From Promethearchaeota archaeon (GTDB lineage: Archaea > Asgardarchaeota > Lokiarchaeia > Sigyniarchaeales > SOKP01), in contig JAHLWP010000012.1 of assembly GCA_019057865.1 (NCBI GenBank), positions 1 to 64,000 of the forward strand: a stretch of DNA of 64,000 nucleotides. Direction: 5' to 3'. The notes under the pieces are model-generated. The model saw nothing but the letters and a program-made list of their open reading frames with translations, made no database searches and was not told the origin of the DNA. Made by a program: the position numbers and the translations under genes. Positions 1 through 10,425 of the stretch are shown here, piece by piece; positions within the stretch are counted from its first letter, which is position 1, and each line of letters begins with the position of its first letter.

Positions 1-81
1 GTTTACGATTCAAGAAATTGGGATGAGATTCGTAAATGGGCTAACGAGTTAGCTAAAAAGATTTATAACAACTCTATTTAG
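1..81 (+). CDS. 3' end of flavodoxin/HemG-like protein (partial)
   Basis: Frame 1 reads VYDSRNWDEIRKWANELAKKIYNNSI*. D-x-R-x-W-x-x-I-x-x-W-A is typical of the C-terminus of flavodoxin_5/HemG-like proteins. Confidence 0.5.
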   Translation, partial: VYDSRNWDEIRKWANELAKKIYNNSI

Positions 82-233
82 ATTAAAGCAACTTAAGAAC
101 ATTTTAAATTTTTTTTTAAATTTCTATTTTAAATCCATTTAAATAATATTTAATTCTAAAGTCTCATTAAATCATCCATAGTTTGAAATGATGTTTTTAA
201 TTTAATAATCAGAACTTAATGGAGTGAAATTCT

Positions 234-2414
234 ATGATTTTAGCAGAAAAGAAATATGAAATCCACGAAGTTCAGAAGGGTTATGCAAATCGAACTTTAT
301 ATATTAATCTTTCTAAAAGTGAGATTACTATAAAACCTGTTACTGATGAAATGAAAAAGAAATTCATTGGGGGAAAAGGTTTTGATTTATGGTTAATGTG
401 GAATTCTCTTCCTAAAGATAAAATAGTAAAATGGGATGATCTTGAAAATGAAATTTGTATATCTTCAGGTCCGTTAGGGGGGAGTATTTTTTATCCCGGA
501 TCCGGTAAATGTATTGTTACTTCTATCTCACCTTTAACTGGAATTATTGTAGATTCAAATGTTGGAGGGTATTTTGGCCCTTATCTTAAATTTTCTGGAT
601 TTGATGCTCTTGAAATTCAAGGAAAAGCTAAAAGAGAAGTAATAATTTATATTGATGGTATAGAAGGTTTGATTCAAATAAAAGAGATAGAAGATTCTGA
701 AGGACTTTCTGAATATTCACATGAACTTACTCAACAATTAACACAAGAATATGCGCCAGATGAAAATGAAAAACAACGTGTTTCAGTAGTTAGTTCTGGT
801 CCTGCTGCAAAAAATACTAAATGGGGAATACTCAATTTCTCATGGTTTGTTCGTGGGCGTAATTGGGCTTCAGTTAAACAAGCAGGAAGAGGTGGAATTG
901 GAACTGTATTTAAAAAAAAGAACCTCAAAGCCTTGGTATGTCTTTCTCCAAAAGTAACAGTTAAATCAAATAATCCCGCAAATTTGGAAGCAGCTAGAGA
1001 ATTAGGAAAAACTCATAGCCAAGAAATTATTAAACTTGACCCTAAACAAAATGAAATGCGGAGAGTTGGGACAGGTCATCTTCCAGATATAATGAATGTG
1101 ACTGATCTTTTACCGACTGAAAATTTTCGATTTGGAATGCATAAAGAAATAAGTGGCAAGGAAATCCCTTATAGTCGTGAAGTTATGAGAAGTATCTATT
1201 CTGGAAAAGAAGGTGCTGATGGCTGCTGGATTGGTTGTACAGTAAGCTGTTCCCACTATTCTGAAGGTCATATAGTCCTAACAGGTCCTTTTAAAGGTAA
1301 GAAAGTTATTGTAGATGGACCAGAATATGAAACTATCGCTGGTTGTGGCTCTAATTGGGGTGTTTGGGATCCAAAATGGGTTTTGGAAACCAATTTTTAT
1401 TGTGATACATATGGTTTAGACACTATATCTGTTGGTACAGGTATTGCATTTGTTATGGAATGTTATGAAGAAGGCATATTAAATAAAGAAATAACTGATG
1501 GTCTTGAACTAAATTTTGCGAATGCAAAAGCAGCTATAGAATTAATACATCAAATGGCTAAAGGAGAAGGGTTTGGAGTTATAGTAGGTCAAGGAATTAG
1601 AGAAATGAAAAAAATTTTTGCTGAGAAATATGGCGCAGATCCCCAATTTTTGCATGATATTGGTATGGAACATAAGGGTTTAGAATTTTCTGAATATGTA
1701 ACAAAAGAATCACTAGCACAACAAGGAGGATATGGATTAACAAATAAAGGCCCTCAACACGATGAAGCGTGGTTAATCTTTGAAGACGTGATTCGTAATT
1801 CTATTCCCAGTTTTGAGGATAAAGCAAGGGCTCTTCGATGGTTTCCTTTATGGCGTACTTGGTTTGGTCTTAATGGGCTTTGTAAGCTCCCCTGGAACGA
1901 TATCCAGCCAGAGTCTCAAGCTAATTACCCAATAAAAGATACAAACACAGGAGAATTAGTTAGAGCAAAAGTTCCTGACCATGTTGAATGGTATGCTAAG
2001 TATTTCTCAGCAGTTACAGGAAGACAATCCACTCCAGATGATCTTATTAATATGTCTGAAAGAGTTTACAATTTTCAGAGAATTTTTAATATTCGCTTAG
2101 GACAAGGGCTGCGGGAAGGTGATTCAAATTTGCCATACAGAGCAATGGGTCCAGTGACTGCTTTAGAATATGAAAGTCGTGCTAATAGATACGATAATCA
2201 GCTTAAAGATTTAGGATTTAACATTGAAGGAATGTTTATTGAGGAAAAAATAAAAATACTTCGAAAGCATCGAGAAGAACAATACTCCAAACTTCAAGAT
2301 GCCGTATATAAAGAGCGTGGTTGGAACCAAAAAGGTTGCCCTACTATAGAACTAGTTAAAGAGCTAGGAATTGATTATGATGATGTTATTTCTGTAATTT
2401 CTCCTCACCAATAA
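234..2414 (+). CDS. aor: Tungsten-dependent aldehyde:ferredoxin oxidoreductase family protein
   Basis: 726 aa. Motifs SPLTG, AGRGGIG, KNLKA, CxxGCxxxC, GPEYET and DTYGLDTIS. Confidence 0.9.
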   Translation: MILAEKKYEIHEVQKGYANRTLYINLSKSEITIKPVTDEMKKKFIGGKGFDLWLMWNSLPKDKIVKWDDLENEICISSGPLGGSIFYPGSGKCIVTSISPLTGIIVDSNVGGYFGPYLKFSGFDALEIQGKAKREVIIYIDGIEGLIQIKEIEDSEGLSEYSHELTQQLTQEYAPDENEKQRVSVVSSGPAAKNTKWGILNFSWFVRGRNWASVKQAGRGGIGTVFKKKNLKALVCLSPKVTVKSNNPANLEAARELGKTHSQEIIKLDPKQNEMRRVGTGHLPDIMNVTDLLPTENFRFGMHKEISGKEIPYSREVMRSIYSGKEGADGCWIGCTVSCSHYSEGHIVLTGPFKGKKVIVDGPEYETIAGCGSNWGVWDPKWVLETNFYCDTYGLDTISVGTGIAFVMECYEEGILNKEITDGLELNFANAKAAIELIHQMAKGEGFGVIVGQGIREMKKIFAEKYGADPQFLHDIGMEHKGLEFSEYVTKESLAQQGGYGLTNKGPQHDEAWLIFEDVIRNSIPSFEDKARALRWFPLWRTWFGLNGLCKLPWNDIQPESQANYPIKDTNTGELVRAKVPDHVEWYAKYFSAVTGRQSTPDDLINMSERVYNFQRIFNIRLGQGLREGDSNLPYRAMGPVTALEYESRANRYDNQLKDLGFNIEGMFIEEKIKILRKHREEQYSKLQDAVYKERGWNQKGCPTIELVKELGIDYDDVISVISPHQ

Positions 2415-2450
2415 TTAATATTACTTTTAAAAAAAAAATAAGGAATCTAA

Positions 2451-4526
2451 ATGGAAAATATAAAAGAACATCCAATTTTAGAGATACCAGAAAGAAAGAA
2501 GATAACTTTTACTTTTGACGGTAAAGAATTAATCGGGTATGAAGGGATGGTTATATCTTCAGCTCTTTTCCTTAATAAAATTAAAACTTTCGGTCATCAT
2601 GTTAAAGATGACAGCCCTCAAGGAATGTTTTGTGCCAATGGGCAGTGTTCACAATGTAATGTAATAGTTAATAGTATTCCTGTAAAAGCTTGTATGACAC
2701 CCCTTGAAAGTGGTATGATTATAGAAAGTTGTAATGGATTACCAGAATTACCAGCTATCGATAATCCTGTGAATGTAGGGGATTCGGATATACTAGATAC
2801 GGAAGTATTAGTTATTGGAGCTGGACCCGCTGGACTTTCTGCAACTAAAATCTTAGGAGAAAATAATATAAATGTTATCTTAGTAGATGATAAAAGCAAT
2901 CTTGGAGGTAAATTAGTACTTCAAACACATAAATTTTTTGGGTCACAAGAAGATGTATATGCCGGCACTCGTGGAATCGATATTGCAAAAACGCTTGGCA
3001 ACATAGTCCAGAAATTACCTACAGTTGATGTTTGGCTTAATAGTGTTTGTTTAGCTGTTTTTAGTGATGGATTAGTTGGAATTTTAAAGGATAATAATAG
3101 TTATGTTTTAATTAAACCTAATTATATTCTCGTTGCTACAGGCGCAAGAGAAAAAATGTTAGTTTTCCCGGGGAATACGCTTCCAGGAGTATATGGAGCA
3201 GGAGCTTTTCAAACTTTAGTAAATCGTGATTTAATTAAAGCAGCAGAAAATATTTTTATTGTGGGGGGAGGAAATGTAGGTTTAATTGCAGGTTATCATG
3301 CAATCCAAGCAGAATTGGAAGTTATTGGTTTGATTGAAGCTTTACCTCAATGTGGTGGATATAAAGTACATGATGATAAACTTCGAAGATTAGGGGTTCC
3401 TATTTATACCAGCCACACAATTATATCTGCGAATGGAGAAATTAATGTAAAATCCATAACAATAGGAAAAATTGATGAAAATTTTAATATCATTCCAAGT
3501 ACTGAGAAAACTTATGAATGCGATACTATTCTAATTGCTGTTGGTTTAAATCCTGTAGATGAATTTTACCATAAGGCAAAAGAATTTGGATTTAAAGTTT
3601 GGGTAGCTGGTGATGCTCAAGAAATTGCTGAAGCTTCTGCTGCAATTTTTACTGGTAGAATTGAAGCTCTAAAGATATTAGAAGAAATTGGAATTGAAGT
3701 TAGAGAAGATATTGATGAGCTTCAAAATTTTGCCGAACTAATGAAAGCAAAACCACCAAATCCAATAAAAATAGAGATGTCCTTTAAAGAAGAAGGAATC
3801 TATCCAGTATTTTATTGTAATCAAGAAATACCATGTAATCCATGTACATCAGTTTGTCCGCAGGAACAGATAGAAACTATTGATGACTTAATTACACAAC
3901 TACCCTTTTTTAAAGGCGAAGAAGAATGTTTGGGTTGTGGAAAATGTGTAGCTGTTTGTCCTGGATTAGCAGTTATTTTGATTGATTATAGAAAAGATAA
4001 AGACAACCCTTTTGTTACTTTTCCACTTGAACTTACTCATGAAAAATTAGAAAAGGGTAAAAAAGTCACTGTTGTTAGTAATGAAAAAGAATTAGGAGAA
4101 TTTGAAGTATACAGATCAAGAATATTACCTGAATTTCCTAAAACTCAATTAATTACTGTTAAATTGCCATCAGAAATAGCAAAACAAGCTGTAGCGATTA
4201 AGTTGCTAAAAAGTGTTTATAATGAGCCCATTGAGGTATACCAAACCTCTTTTACTGAAGATGATACTATAGTTTGTAGATGTGAGCGTGTATCAGTTGG
4301 AGAAATACGGAAATGGATTCGTGCTGGAGTAAGAGATTTTAATGAATTAAAAGCCTTAACTGAAGTTGGAATGGGTGCTTGTGGTGGAAAAACATGTACT
4401 CCACTCATTGAGCAAATTTTTCGTGAAGAAGGTATATCAATAGAGAGTATTACATCTGGTACAAAACGACCATTATTTATTGAAGTTCCAATGGGAATTT
4501 TTGCTAAAGTAAAGGATAAAGAATAA
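2451..4526 (+). CDS. Sarcosine oxidase/L-proline dehydrogenase alpha-like multidomain FAD/Fe-S oxidoreductase
   Basis: N-terminal 2Fe-2S (CANGQCSQC), GAGPAG FAD fold, ATGARE, 4Fe-4S dicluster (CLGCGKCVAVCP) and C-terminal BFD-like CRCE...GMGACGGKTC. Confidence 0.85.
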   Translation: MENIKEHPILEIPERKKITFTFDGKELIGYEGMVISSALFLNKIKTFGHHVKDDSPQGMFCANGQCSQCNVIVNSIPVKACMTPLESGMIIESCNGLPELPAIDNPVNVGDSDILDTEVLVIGAGPAGLSATKILGENNINVILVDDKSNLGGKLVLQTHKFFGSQEDVYAGTRGIDIAKTLGNIVQKLPTVDVWLNSVCLAVFSDGLVGILKDNNSYVLIKPNYILVATGAREKMLVFPGNTLPGVYGAGAFQTLVNRDLIKAAENIFIVGGGNVGLIAGYHAIQAELEVIGLIEALPQCGGYKVHDDKLRRLGVPIYTSHTIISANGEINVKSITIGKIDENFNIIPSTEKTYECDTILIAVGLNPVDEFYHKAKEFGFKVWVAGDAQEIAEASAAIFTGRIEALKILEEIGIEVREDIDELQNFAELMKAKPPNPIKIEMSFKEEGIYPVFYCNQEIPCNPCTSVCPQEQIETIDDLITQLPFFKGEEECLGCGKCVAVCPGLAVILIDYRKDKDNPFVTFPLELTHEKLEKGKKVTVVSNEKELGEFEVYRSRILPEFPKTQLITVKLPSEIAKQAVAIKLLKSVYNEPIEVYQTSFTEDDTIVCRCERVSVGEIRKWIRAGVRDFNELKALTEVGMGACGGKTCTPLIEQIFREEGISIESITSGTKRPLFIEVPMGIFAKVKDKE

Positions 4527-4537
4527 GGGGATTTACT

Positions 4538-5707
4538 ATGGTAGAATATGATGTTATCATTATTGGTGCTGGAAGTGTTGGGGTTCCTACTGCTTTAGCT
4601 ACAGCGAATGATGGACTTAGAACTCTCGTTATTGATTCTTTACCTTCAGTTGCTCAAGCAGACAATAAACATGCAATTGGAGGTATACGAGCCACTCATT
4701 CACATAAAGGAAAGATATGGTTATGCCAGAGATCCATTGATATTTTCTCTACATGGGAAGATAAATATGGAGATGATATTTGGTGGCATCAAGGTGGTTA
4801 CACTTTTGTTGCGTTTAATGATGAACACGAGAAACTATTAAAAGATACGGTTAAGCTCCAAAAAAGTTATGGATTGAATATTAATTATGTTGATGCTGAA
4901 AAAATAAAAGAAATCATTCCGGGTATTAATGATAATGGATTATTGGGAGGAACCTATAGTCCTGAAGATGGAAATGCTTCACCACTTTTGGCTTTACATG
5001 CCATTTATCGTCATTCGAAGAATAATGGAGCAGAATATCATTTTAATGAAACAGTTACAGATATTTTAACCAGAAAAAATAATAAAGTATTAGAAATCAA
5101 AACAACTAAAGGAAGATATAAAACTAATTATGTAATTAATGCCGCAGGAGCTCACGCAAAAGATCTCGGTAAAAAAGTTAGAATAAATATTCCATTAGAA
5201 CCTGAATCTCATGAGGCAGGAATAACAGAACCAGTAAAAAATTTCTTCTCAACAATGTTAGTAGATATTAGACCTTTTGTAGATCCTAAATTTGGAGATT
5301 CTAAAAATTACTATTTCTATCAAAATAAAGAAGGAAAGATTTTATTTTGTTTGACACCAAATCCTAATATTCCCGGAATAAATAGAAGAGAAACAAGTTC
5401 ATTTTTGCCTCAAATTTCAAAAAGAATGATTCAACTTCTGCCACGTTTGAGGAATATAAAAGTAAGACGTACATGGCGAGGTTTGTACCCAATGTCTCTA
5501 GATGGAAATCCGATCGTAGGAAAAGTTGAAGAGATTGAAGGATATATTAATGCAGTTGGAATGTGTGGACAAGGTTTCATGTTGGGACCTGGTTTAGGAG
5601 AACTTCTAAGTCGACTTGTGACAGAAAAAGAAACGTCAAGAGATGAAGAGATTTTAAAGACACTCTCTTTAACTAGGGATTTCGAAGTGGAAGAGGAATT
5701 AAAGTGA
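4538..5707 (+). CDS. FAD-dependent oxidoreductase, DAO/sarcosine oxidase beta-like subunit
   Basis: GAGSVG, VINAAGA and GMCGQGFMLGP motifs; lies 11 nt after the alpha-like gene. Confidence 0.85.
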   Translation: MVEYDVIIIGAGSVGVPTALATANDGLRTLVIDSLPSVAQADNKHAIGGIRATHSHKGKIWLCQRSIDIFSTWEDKYGDDIWWHQGGYTFVAFNDEHEKLLKDTVKLQKSYGLNINYVDAEKIKEIIPGINDNGLLGGTYSPEDGNASPLLALHAIYRHSKNNGAEYHFNETVTDILTRKNNKVLEIKTTKGRYKTNYVINAAGAHAKDLGKKVRINIPLEPESHEAGITEPVKNFFSTMLVDIRPFVDPKFGDSKNYYFYQNKEGKILFCLTPNPNIPGINRRETSSFLPQISKRMIQLLPRLRNIKVRRTWRGLYPMSLDGNPIVGKVEEIEGYINAVGMCGQGFMLGPGLGELLSRLVTEKETSRDEEILKTLSLTRDFEVEEELK

Positions 5708-6017
5708 TAAATTCTTCTTTTTGAGATATATAATAAGAGTAATTGAAATAATACTTATTATACTAACCAAATAAATTAAATTATATCCTTCGATTCTTGT
5801 TTTGGTATGAGTTGGCTCAAACTGTCTTAGAAGTTGAATTAAATGAAAACAAAATAATTGTTGTAAATGAAATTTACGTAAATGGCAATCACATAAATTC
5901 TTTCCATTTTAAGGATGATAATAAATATGGAATAGTGTAATCTTGGAATAACATCAAAGATAAATATTTATACATAGGTGAAAAATGAAATAAATCATTA
6001 AAGAAAAAAAAAATTGA

Positions 6018-6749
6018 TTAAATATTTTTTCTGATTTTAATTGAATGTCGTTTTTTAACGAATAAGACTACAATTACTATGCTAATAACGCTAGGTATAA
6101 TAAAGAAATATCCAAAAGGGATTTCTCCTCCATCACCATCAATGGGTGTTATTAATTCATATCGTACAGCCAAGGCCTCTATAAAATATCCTTCCAACGA
6201 TGTTGCAAAACCAGATGTGCTATAATAAAATACATGTTTTGTCATTCCACCATCTGAAATTATCATAAGTCTATTACCATTAATGGTATGGTTGGTATAT
6301 CTAGGACTATTACTTAAGGTTGATGCGACCAATTGTAGATTTATGGGTGTAGGAATGATTAATGCTCGAAAGTCAACTAAAAAGTACGAGCTAAACCAAA
6401 GATAATTTTGAGTTTCATTGGCAGCAAGATAAGTACCAATATGTTCGATTGTCCATAAATCTATAGTAGTATTATATAGTGTAATTGTACAGTTTACAAT
6501 TAGCGCATCTTTACTAGCATGCTGACCTTTATATATCGCATCTGTAGTAAAATTAATTTTTTGCCCAAGATATTGAGGGTTCAGAGGAGAAGCAGTGACT
6601 AACCACGTATGTGTATCACCTTCATTAGTGGGAAATGTAGTATCGTTTATAGTAGTGACACATTTAACATTAGATAAAAAAAACGGGAGAACCAAGAATA
6701 TACTAAATAAAATTATAGGGAATATTTTACATTTTTTCATACTATCCAC
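6018..6749 (-). CDS. Secreted/surface protein with C-terminal IPFG-TM-basic anchor (Loki-CTERM-like)
   Basis: N-terminal signal-like hydrophobic segment, several N-x-S/T sequons, and C-terminal GGEIPFG followed by a TM helix and KKR. Confidence 0.65.
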   Translation of the reverse strand: MDSMKKCKIFPIILFSIFLVLPFFLSNVKCVTTINDTTFPTNEGDTHTWLVTASPLNPQYLGQKINFTTDAIYKGQHASKDALIVNCTITLYNTTIDLWTIEHIGTYLAANETQNYLWFSSYFLVDFRALIIPTPINLQLVASTLSNSPRYTNHTINGNRLMIISDGGMTKHVFYYSTSGFATSLEGYFIEALAVRYELITPIDGDGGEIPFGYFFIIPSVISIVIVVLFVKKRHSIKIRKNI

Positions 6750-7027
6750 TATGGTTTTAAAATAGATTATTTTTAATTGGATTGATAATAAATTGCTAAT
6801 TTAGATTTATGAAATATAATTATTTAAATTTTTAGAATTTTTTAGTTTGAAATAAAAAAAAATTTAGAGTAAATACTTATTTTGTGTTTTATTCAATATT
6901 CCAAATCAATTGAATATTCAATCTCCTCTTTCATGATATCTGTTGTCAAAACTTGAAAGATTTTATATTAAGAATGATATTAGAAGTTAAGTAATTATCT
7001 TTGAAAATTAAAAAGAAGTAATTAAAA

Positions 7028-7960
7028 ATGGTTCGTCATCTGCTAAAAGTCTCAGATTTTTCAAAAAAGGAATGCGAAAAGGTTATTAATAAATCAATTG
7101 AGATAAAGAAGAATCCTAAAAAATATAGTTCTGCTTTAGAAGGAGAAACTCTTTTAATGCTATTTGAAAAACCTTCCTTGAGAACTCGAATTTCATTTGA
7201 AACTGGAATGCAACAATTGGGTGGACATGCGATTTTTTATTCAATAAAAGATTCTCCCTTAGGTAAAAAAGAAAATATCTCTGATACATCTAAAGTTGTA
7301 TCTAGATTTGTTAATTTAATAGCAGCTCGAGTATTTAAACGGCAAGACATTTGGGATCTCGCTAAATATTCTGATGTTCCTGTTATTAACATGCTTGATG
7401 ATTTTGCCCATCCATGCCAAATTCTTGGTGACTTTCAAACAATTAAAGAAAAAAAAAATCGGCTTGAAAACTTAAAATTATCATATTTTGGTGATGCCCA
7501 TAATAATGTAACCTATGATTTGATGCGAATGTGTGCAATATTTGGCTGGAGAATGGGTGTAGCTTGTCCAAATGCACCTAAATATTCACCTGAACAATTA
7601 GTTTTAGATGAGGTTTCACAGATCTCTAATGACACTGGCGCTGATGTAAGAGTCATTCATGAAGCAAAGGAAGCTTCTCAAGAAGCAGACGTGATTTATA
7701 CAGATAGTTGGATGAGTTATGGCATACCACAAGAACAAGAAGAAGAACGTAAAAAAGCATTCTTACCATTTCAAGTTACATCATCAATCATGGAAGCTGC
7801 AAAGTCTGATGCAGTTTTTATGAATTGCTTACCTGCTATGAGGGAATATGAACAAACTGCCGAGGTTATTGATGGACCTCAATCAATTGTATTTGACCAA
7901 GCTGAAAATAGACTACATATTCAGAAAGCGATTATGCTCTTTTTAAGTGATAAATTTTAG
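7028..7960 (+). CDS. arcB: Ornithine carbamoyltransferase (probably catabolic)
   Basis: Motifs KPSLRTR, HPCQ, YTDSWMS, NCLP and QAENRLH; lies near carbamate kinase. Confidence 0.92.
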   Translation: MVRHLLKVSDFSKKECEKVINKSIEIKKNPKKYSSALEGETLLMLFEKPSLRTRISFETGMQQLGGHAIFYSIKDSPLGKKENISDTSKVVSRFVNLIAARVFKRQDIWDLAKYSDVPVINMLDDFAHPCQILGDFQTIKEKKNRLENLKLSYFGDAHNNVTYDLMRMCAIFGWRMGVACPNAPKYSPEQLVLDEVSQISNDTGADVRVIHEAKEASQEADVIYTDSWMSYGIPQEQEEERKKAFLPFQVTSSIMEAAKSDAVFMNCLPAMREYEQTAEVIDGPQSIVFDQAENRLHIQKAIMLFLSDKF

Positions 7961-8049
7961 ACATTTATCATTTTGATATAGCTAATAATAGGTGATAATA
8001 TTATTTTATATTTAAAAAAAGAAATATGTGTTTGTATATGTGTATACAT

Positions 8050-8262
8050 ATGACCTCAAAAAATATTAGTATTACTGAGGAAGTATATAAAAAATTAATG
8101 AAAATTAAACGAGAAAATGAAAGCTTCTCTGAACTTTTCCTAAGATTATTAAAAAGCCAAAAAGATAACATGAAAAGAACCTTTGGAGCATGGAATTTAT
8201 CAGAAGAAGAAGAATCTGAGATATGGAAGGATATTTCAAATCGTACTGGTCGAAAATGTTAA
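8050..8262 (+). CDS. Archaeal VapB-type antitoxin (DUF217/VAPB_antitox-like)
   Basis: MTSKNISITEEVYKKLMKIKRENESFSELFLRLL matches the archaeal antitoxin pattern. ATG 8050 is preferred over 8026. Confidence 0.75.
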   Translation: MTSKNISITEEVYKKLMKIKRENESFSELFLRLLKSQKDNMKRTFGAWNLSEEEESEIWKDISNRTGRKC

Positions 8263-8305
8263 GAATTTTGAAATAATTGAAGGTATTGAAATTATTCAAT
8301 ATTAA
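8252..8305 (+). pseudogene. C-terminal remnant of VapC (PIN) toxin
   Basis: An overlapping frame reads ENVKNFEIIEGIEIIQY*, resembling the N-x-K-H-F-x-x-I-x-G-L VapC tail. No upstream body of the gene is present. Confidence 0.55.
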
Positions 8306-8335
8306 TATAAAGATATATTACACTATATATTAGAC

Positions 8336-9319
8336 TCAAATTTCAATTCGTAAACCATTCAAAACCTGCTCAACTTCTTGATAGAGTCTTGGATAGATTT
8401 TTGCAAACAAGCGATACCAATCCACTCCAATTATTCCACTCGAAATAATACAAAGAATAAAACCTATAAGAACAACTGTTTCATTTTTCAAGTCGAAAAT
8501 CTTTTCTGGTAAAAAAAGTGTTCCATGTATTAACATATTTACTGAAAAAATATTAAGTAAAATTCCCAGCGGATAACATAACACTTTTGGAGATTTAAAA
8601 AATTGAATAGAATCAGCAGTAATTGGATTAAAAACTGTCCATGTATCATTATTATTTAAAATCTCTCTTCGCTCGATAAATTTAAACTTAATTATATCTC
8701 TTCTATCTCTAAAAATTAGAAAACTTCCACTAAATAAGAATAAAAATAGTAAAACCATAGTTATTGCTAAGAAGATCCTTAATTCCTCCCTCATCACTTC
8801 ATATTGGATTAACAAATAACGAGTCATCAATAACAAAAAAGCGATGATAACAAAAATAATGCCTACAAAACCTTCATGAATATGATAATTCCTAAAAATC
8901 TTTCCCTTTTCATTTTGATTAGAATGATCTTTGATATATTTCATTATATACAAAGTAAAACCGGGAGATATGATACAAATGCCTAGTATTGCAGCAGAAG
9001 TTCTTATAGTGGACAAGTTCCAAAAACTAAGGTTAATCTTAAAAAAATCAAGTAAATAAAGAATAATCCATAATAGAGTTCCAGATATAATAATAAAGAT
9101 AAAAACTTGGTTATAAAATTTAAAATTAATCAAGAAAAAGAGAATGAAAAAAAATAGAACAAAGTAAGTAATAGTAATCATTCTGTTAATTCTTAAGAAA
9201 GAGGATTCCCATTCATATATTTGATCATAATAAAAAAAGTAATAAAGAACTGCAAAACTCAAAATAACAAGACTAAAAAGATTTACAAACTTAAAGATAA
9301 ATATAAATTTTTTCATCAT
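8336..9319 (-). CDS. Polytopic membrane protein, unknown function
   Basis: About 8 hydrophobic segments; YHIHEGFVG motif. Confidence 0.7.
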   Translation of the reverse strand: MMKKFIFIFKFVNLFSLVILSFAVLYYFFYYDQIYEWESSFLRINRMITITYFVLFFFILFFLINFKFYNQVFIFIIISGTLLWIILYLLDFFKINLSFWNLSTIRTSAAILGICIISPGFTLYIMKYIKDHSNQNEKGKIFRNYHIHEGFVGIIFVIIAFLLLMTRYLLIQYEVMREELRIFLAITMVLLFLFLFSGSFLIFRDRRDIIKFKFIERREILNNNDTWTVFNPITADSIQFFKSPKVLCYPLGILLNIFSVNMLIHGTLFLPEKIFDLKNETVVLIGFILCIISSGIIGVDWYRLFAKIYPRLYQEVEQVLNGLRIEI

Positions 9320-9467
9320 TCCCTTTAAAATTACTTCGATTATAGAATAATTAGTTCAATAAATATAAATAATCTAATCTGTTTTTACGAGAAAAATTTT
9401 AAATACTAAGTTAAATATTATTATTTTTTCCATTTGTGTTAATTAAATAAATACCAGAGGTTTTTCT

Positions 9468-10385
9468 TTGAAAACATTAATTATAGCATTAGGAGGAAAT
9501 GCATTAATAAAGTTTGGTGAAGAAGGTACAACAGAGGAGCAATTTCGAAATTTAAGAATTCCAATTAGCCAAATTGCAGAATTAGTAAGAGAATATAACA
9601 TAATTATTACTCATGGTAATGGTCCACAAGTAGGAAATCTCTTACTTCAACAGGAAGCAACGGAGGCAGTTTCAAAGAGACCTTTACAAATATTAGTAGC
9701 AGAAACCCAAGGACAGATTGGTTATATGATTGAGAGTACTTTGGATGAAGAGCTGATGAAAATAGGTCTGGATGAAGAAAAACTTTTCTTGACAGTTTTA
9801 ACATATGTTAAGGTTGATCCTGAGGACCCTGCATTTAAAAATCCTACAAAGCCAATTGGACCTGCATATCCCGTCCGTACTCAACCGGGACAAGTTAAAA
9901 CTGCTAAAGGTTGGCGTCGAGTTGTTCCTTCTCCTAAACCAAAAAAAATCTATCAATGGCGTGAAATAAAGAAATTAATGGAATTAGGAAGCTGGATTGT
10001 AATTGCGTGTGGGGGTGGCGGCATTCCAGTTATAAAAGAAAAGAAGAGACTATATGGCGTTGAAGCGGTTATAGATAAAGATCTTGCTAGTTCTAAATTA
10101 GCTGAACAAATTGATGCTGATATACTTCTTATTGCTACTGATGTTGAGAAAGTTGCTCTAAATTATGGAACTCCTAATCAAAGAGATCTTGAAAAACTTT
10201 CTATATCTGAAGCAAAAAAATATTTAGAAGAAGGACAATTTCCTGCTGGAAGTATGGGACCTAAAATTCAGGCGGTAATAAATTTTATGGAAGCAGGAGG
10301 AGAAAAAGCAATTATAACATCAATTGAAAAAATTAATGCAGCATTAGAAGGAGAAGCAGGAACTAATATATATTTGGATGAATAA
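9468..10385 (+). CDS. arcC: Carbamate kinase
   Basis: Motifs ALGGNA, THGNGPQVG, PTKPIG, RRVVPSP, AVIDKD and GSMGPK; TTG start. Confidence 0.95.
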   Translation: MKTLIIALGGNALIKFGEEGTTEEQFRNLRIPISQIAELVREYNIIITHGNGPQVGNLLLQQEATEAVSKRPLQILVAETQGQIGYMIESTLDEELMKIGLDEEKLFLTVLTYVKVDPEDPAFKNPTKPIGPAYPVRTQPGQVKTAKGWRRVVPSPKPKKIYQWREIKKLMELGSWIVIACGGGGIPVIKEKKRLYGVEAVIDKDLASSKLAEQIDADILLIATDVEKVALNYGTPNQRDLEKLSISEAKKYLEEGQFPAGSMGPKIQAVINFMEAGGEKAIITSIEKINAALEGEAGTNIYLDE

Positions 10386-10425
10386 TAATTTTTAAAATCC
10401 ATAAAAAAAGATAGAAAATTGAATT

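Noticed and set aside
5705-5710. TGA ending the DAO-family gene as possible Sec
   Set aside because: Immediately followed by TAA, the protein is complete, and there is no Cys-type context or SECIS.
5800-5990. Coding-like stretch WYELAQTVLEVELNENKIIVVNEIYVNGNHINSFHF...
   Set aside because: No start codon, an internal stop and no family I can recognise; possibly a remnant but unsupported.
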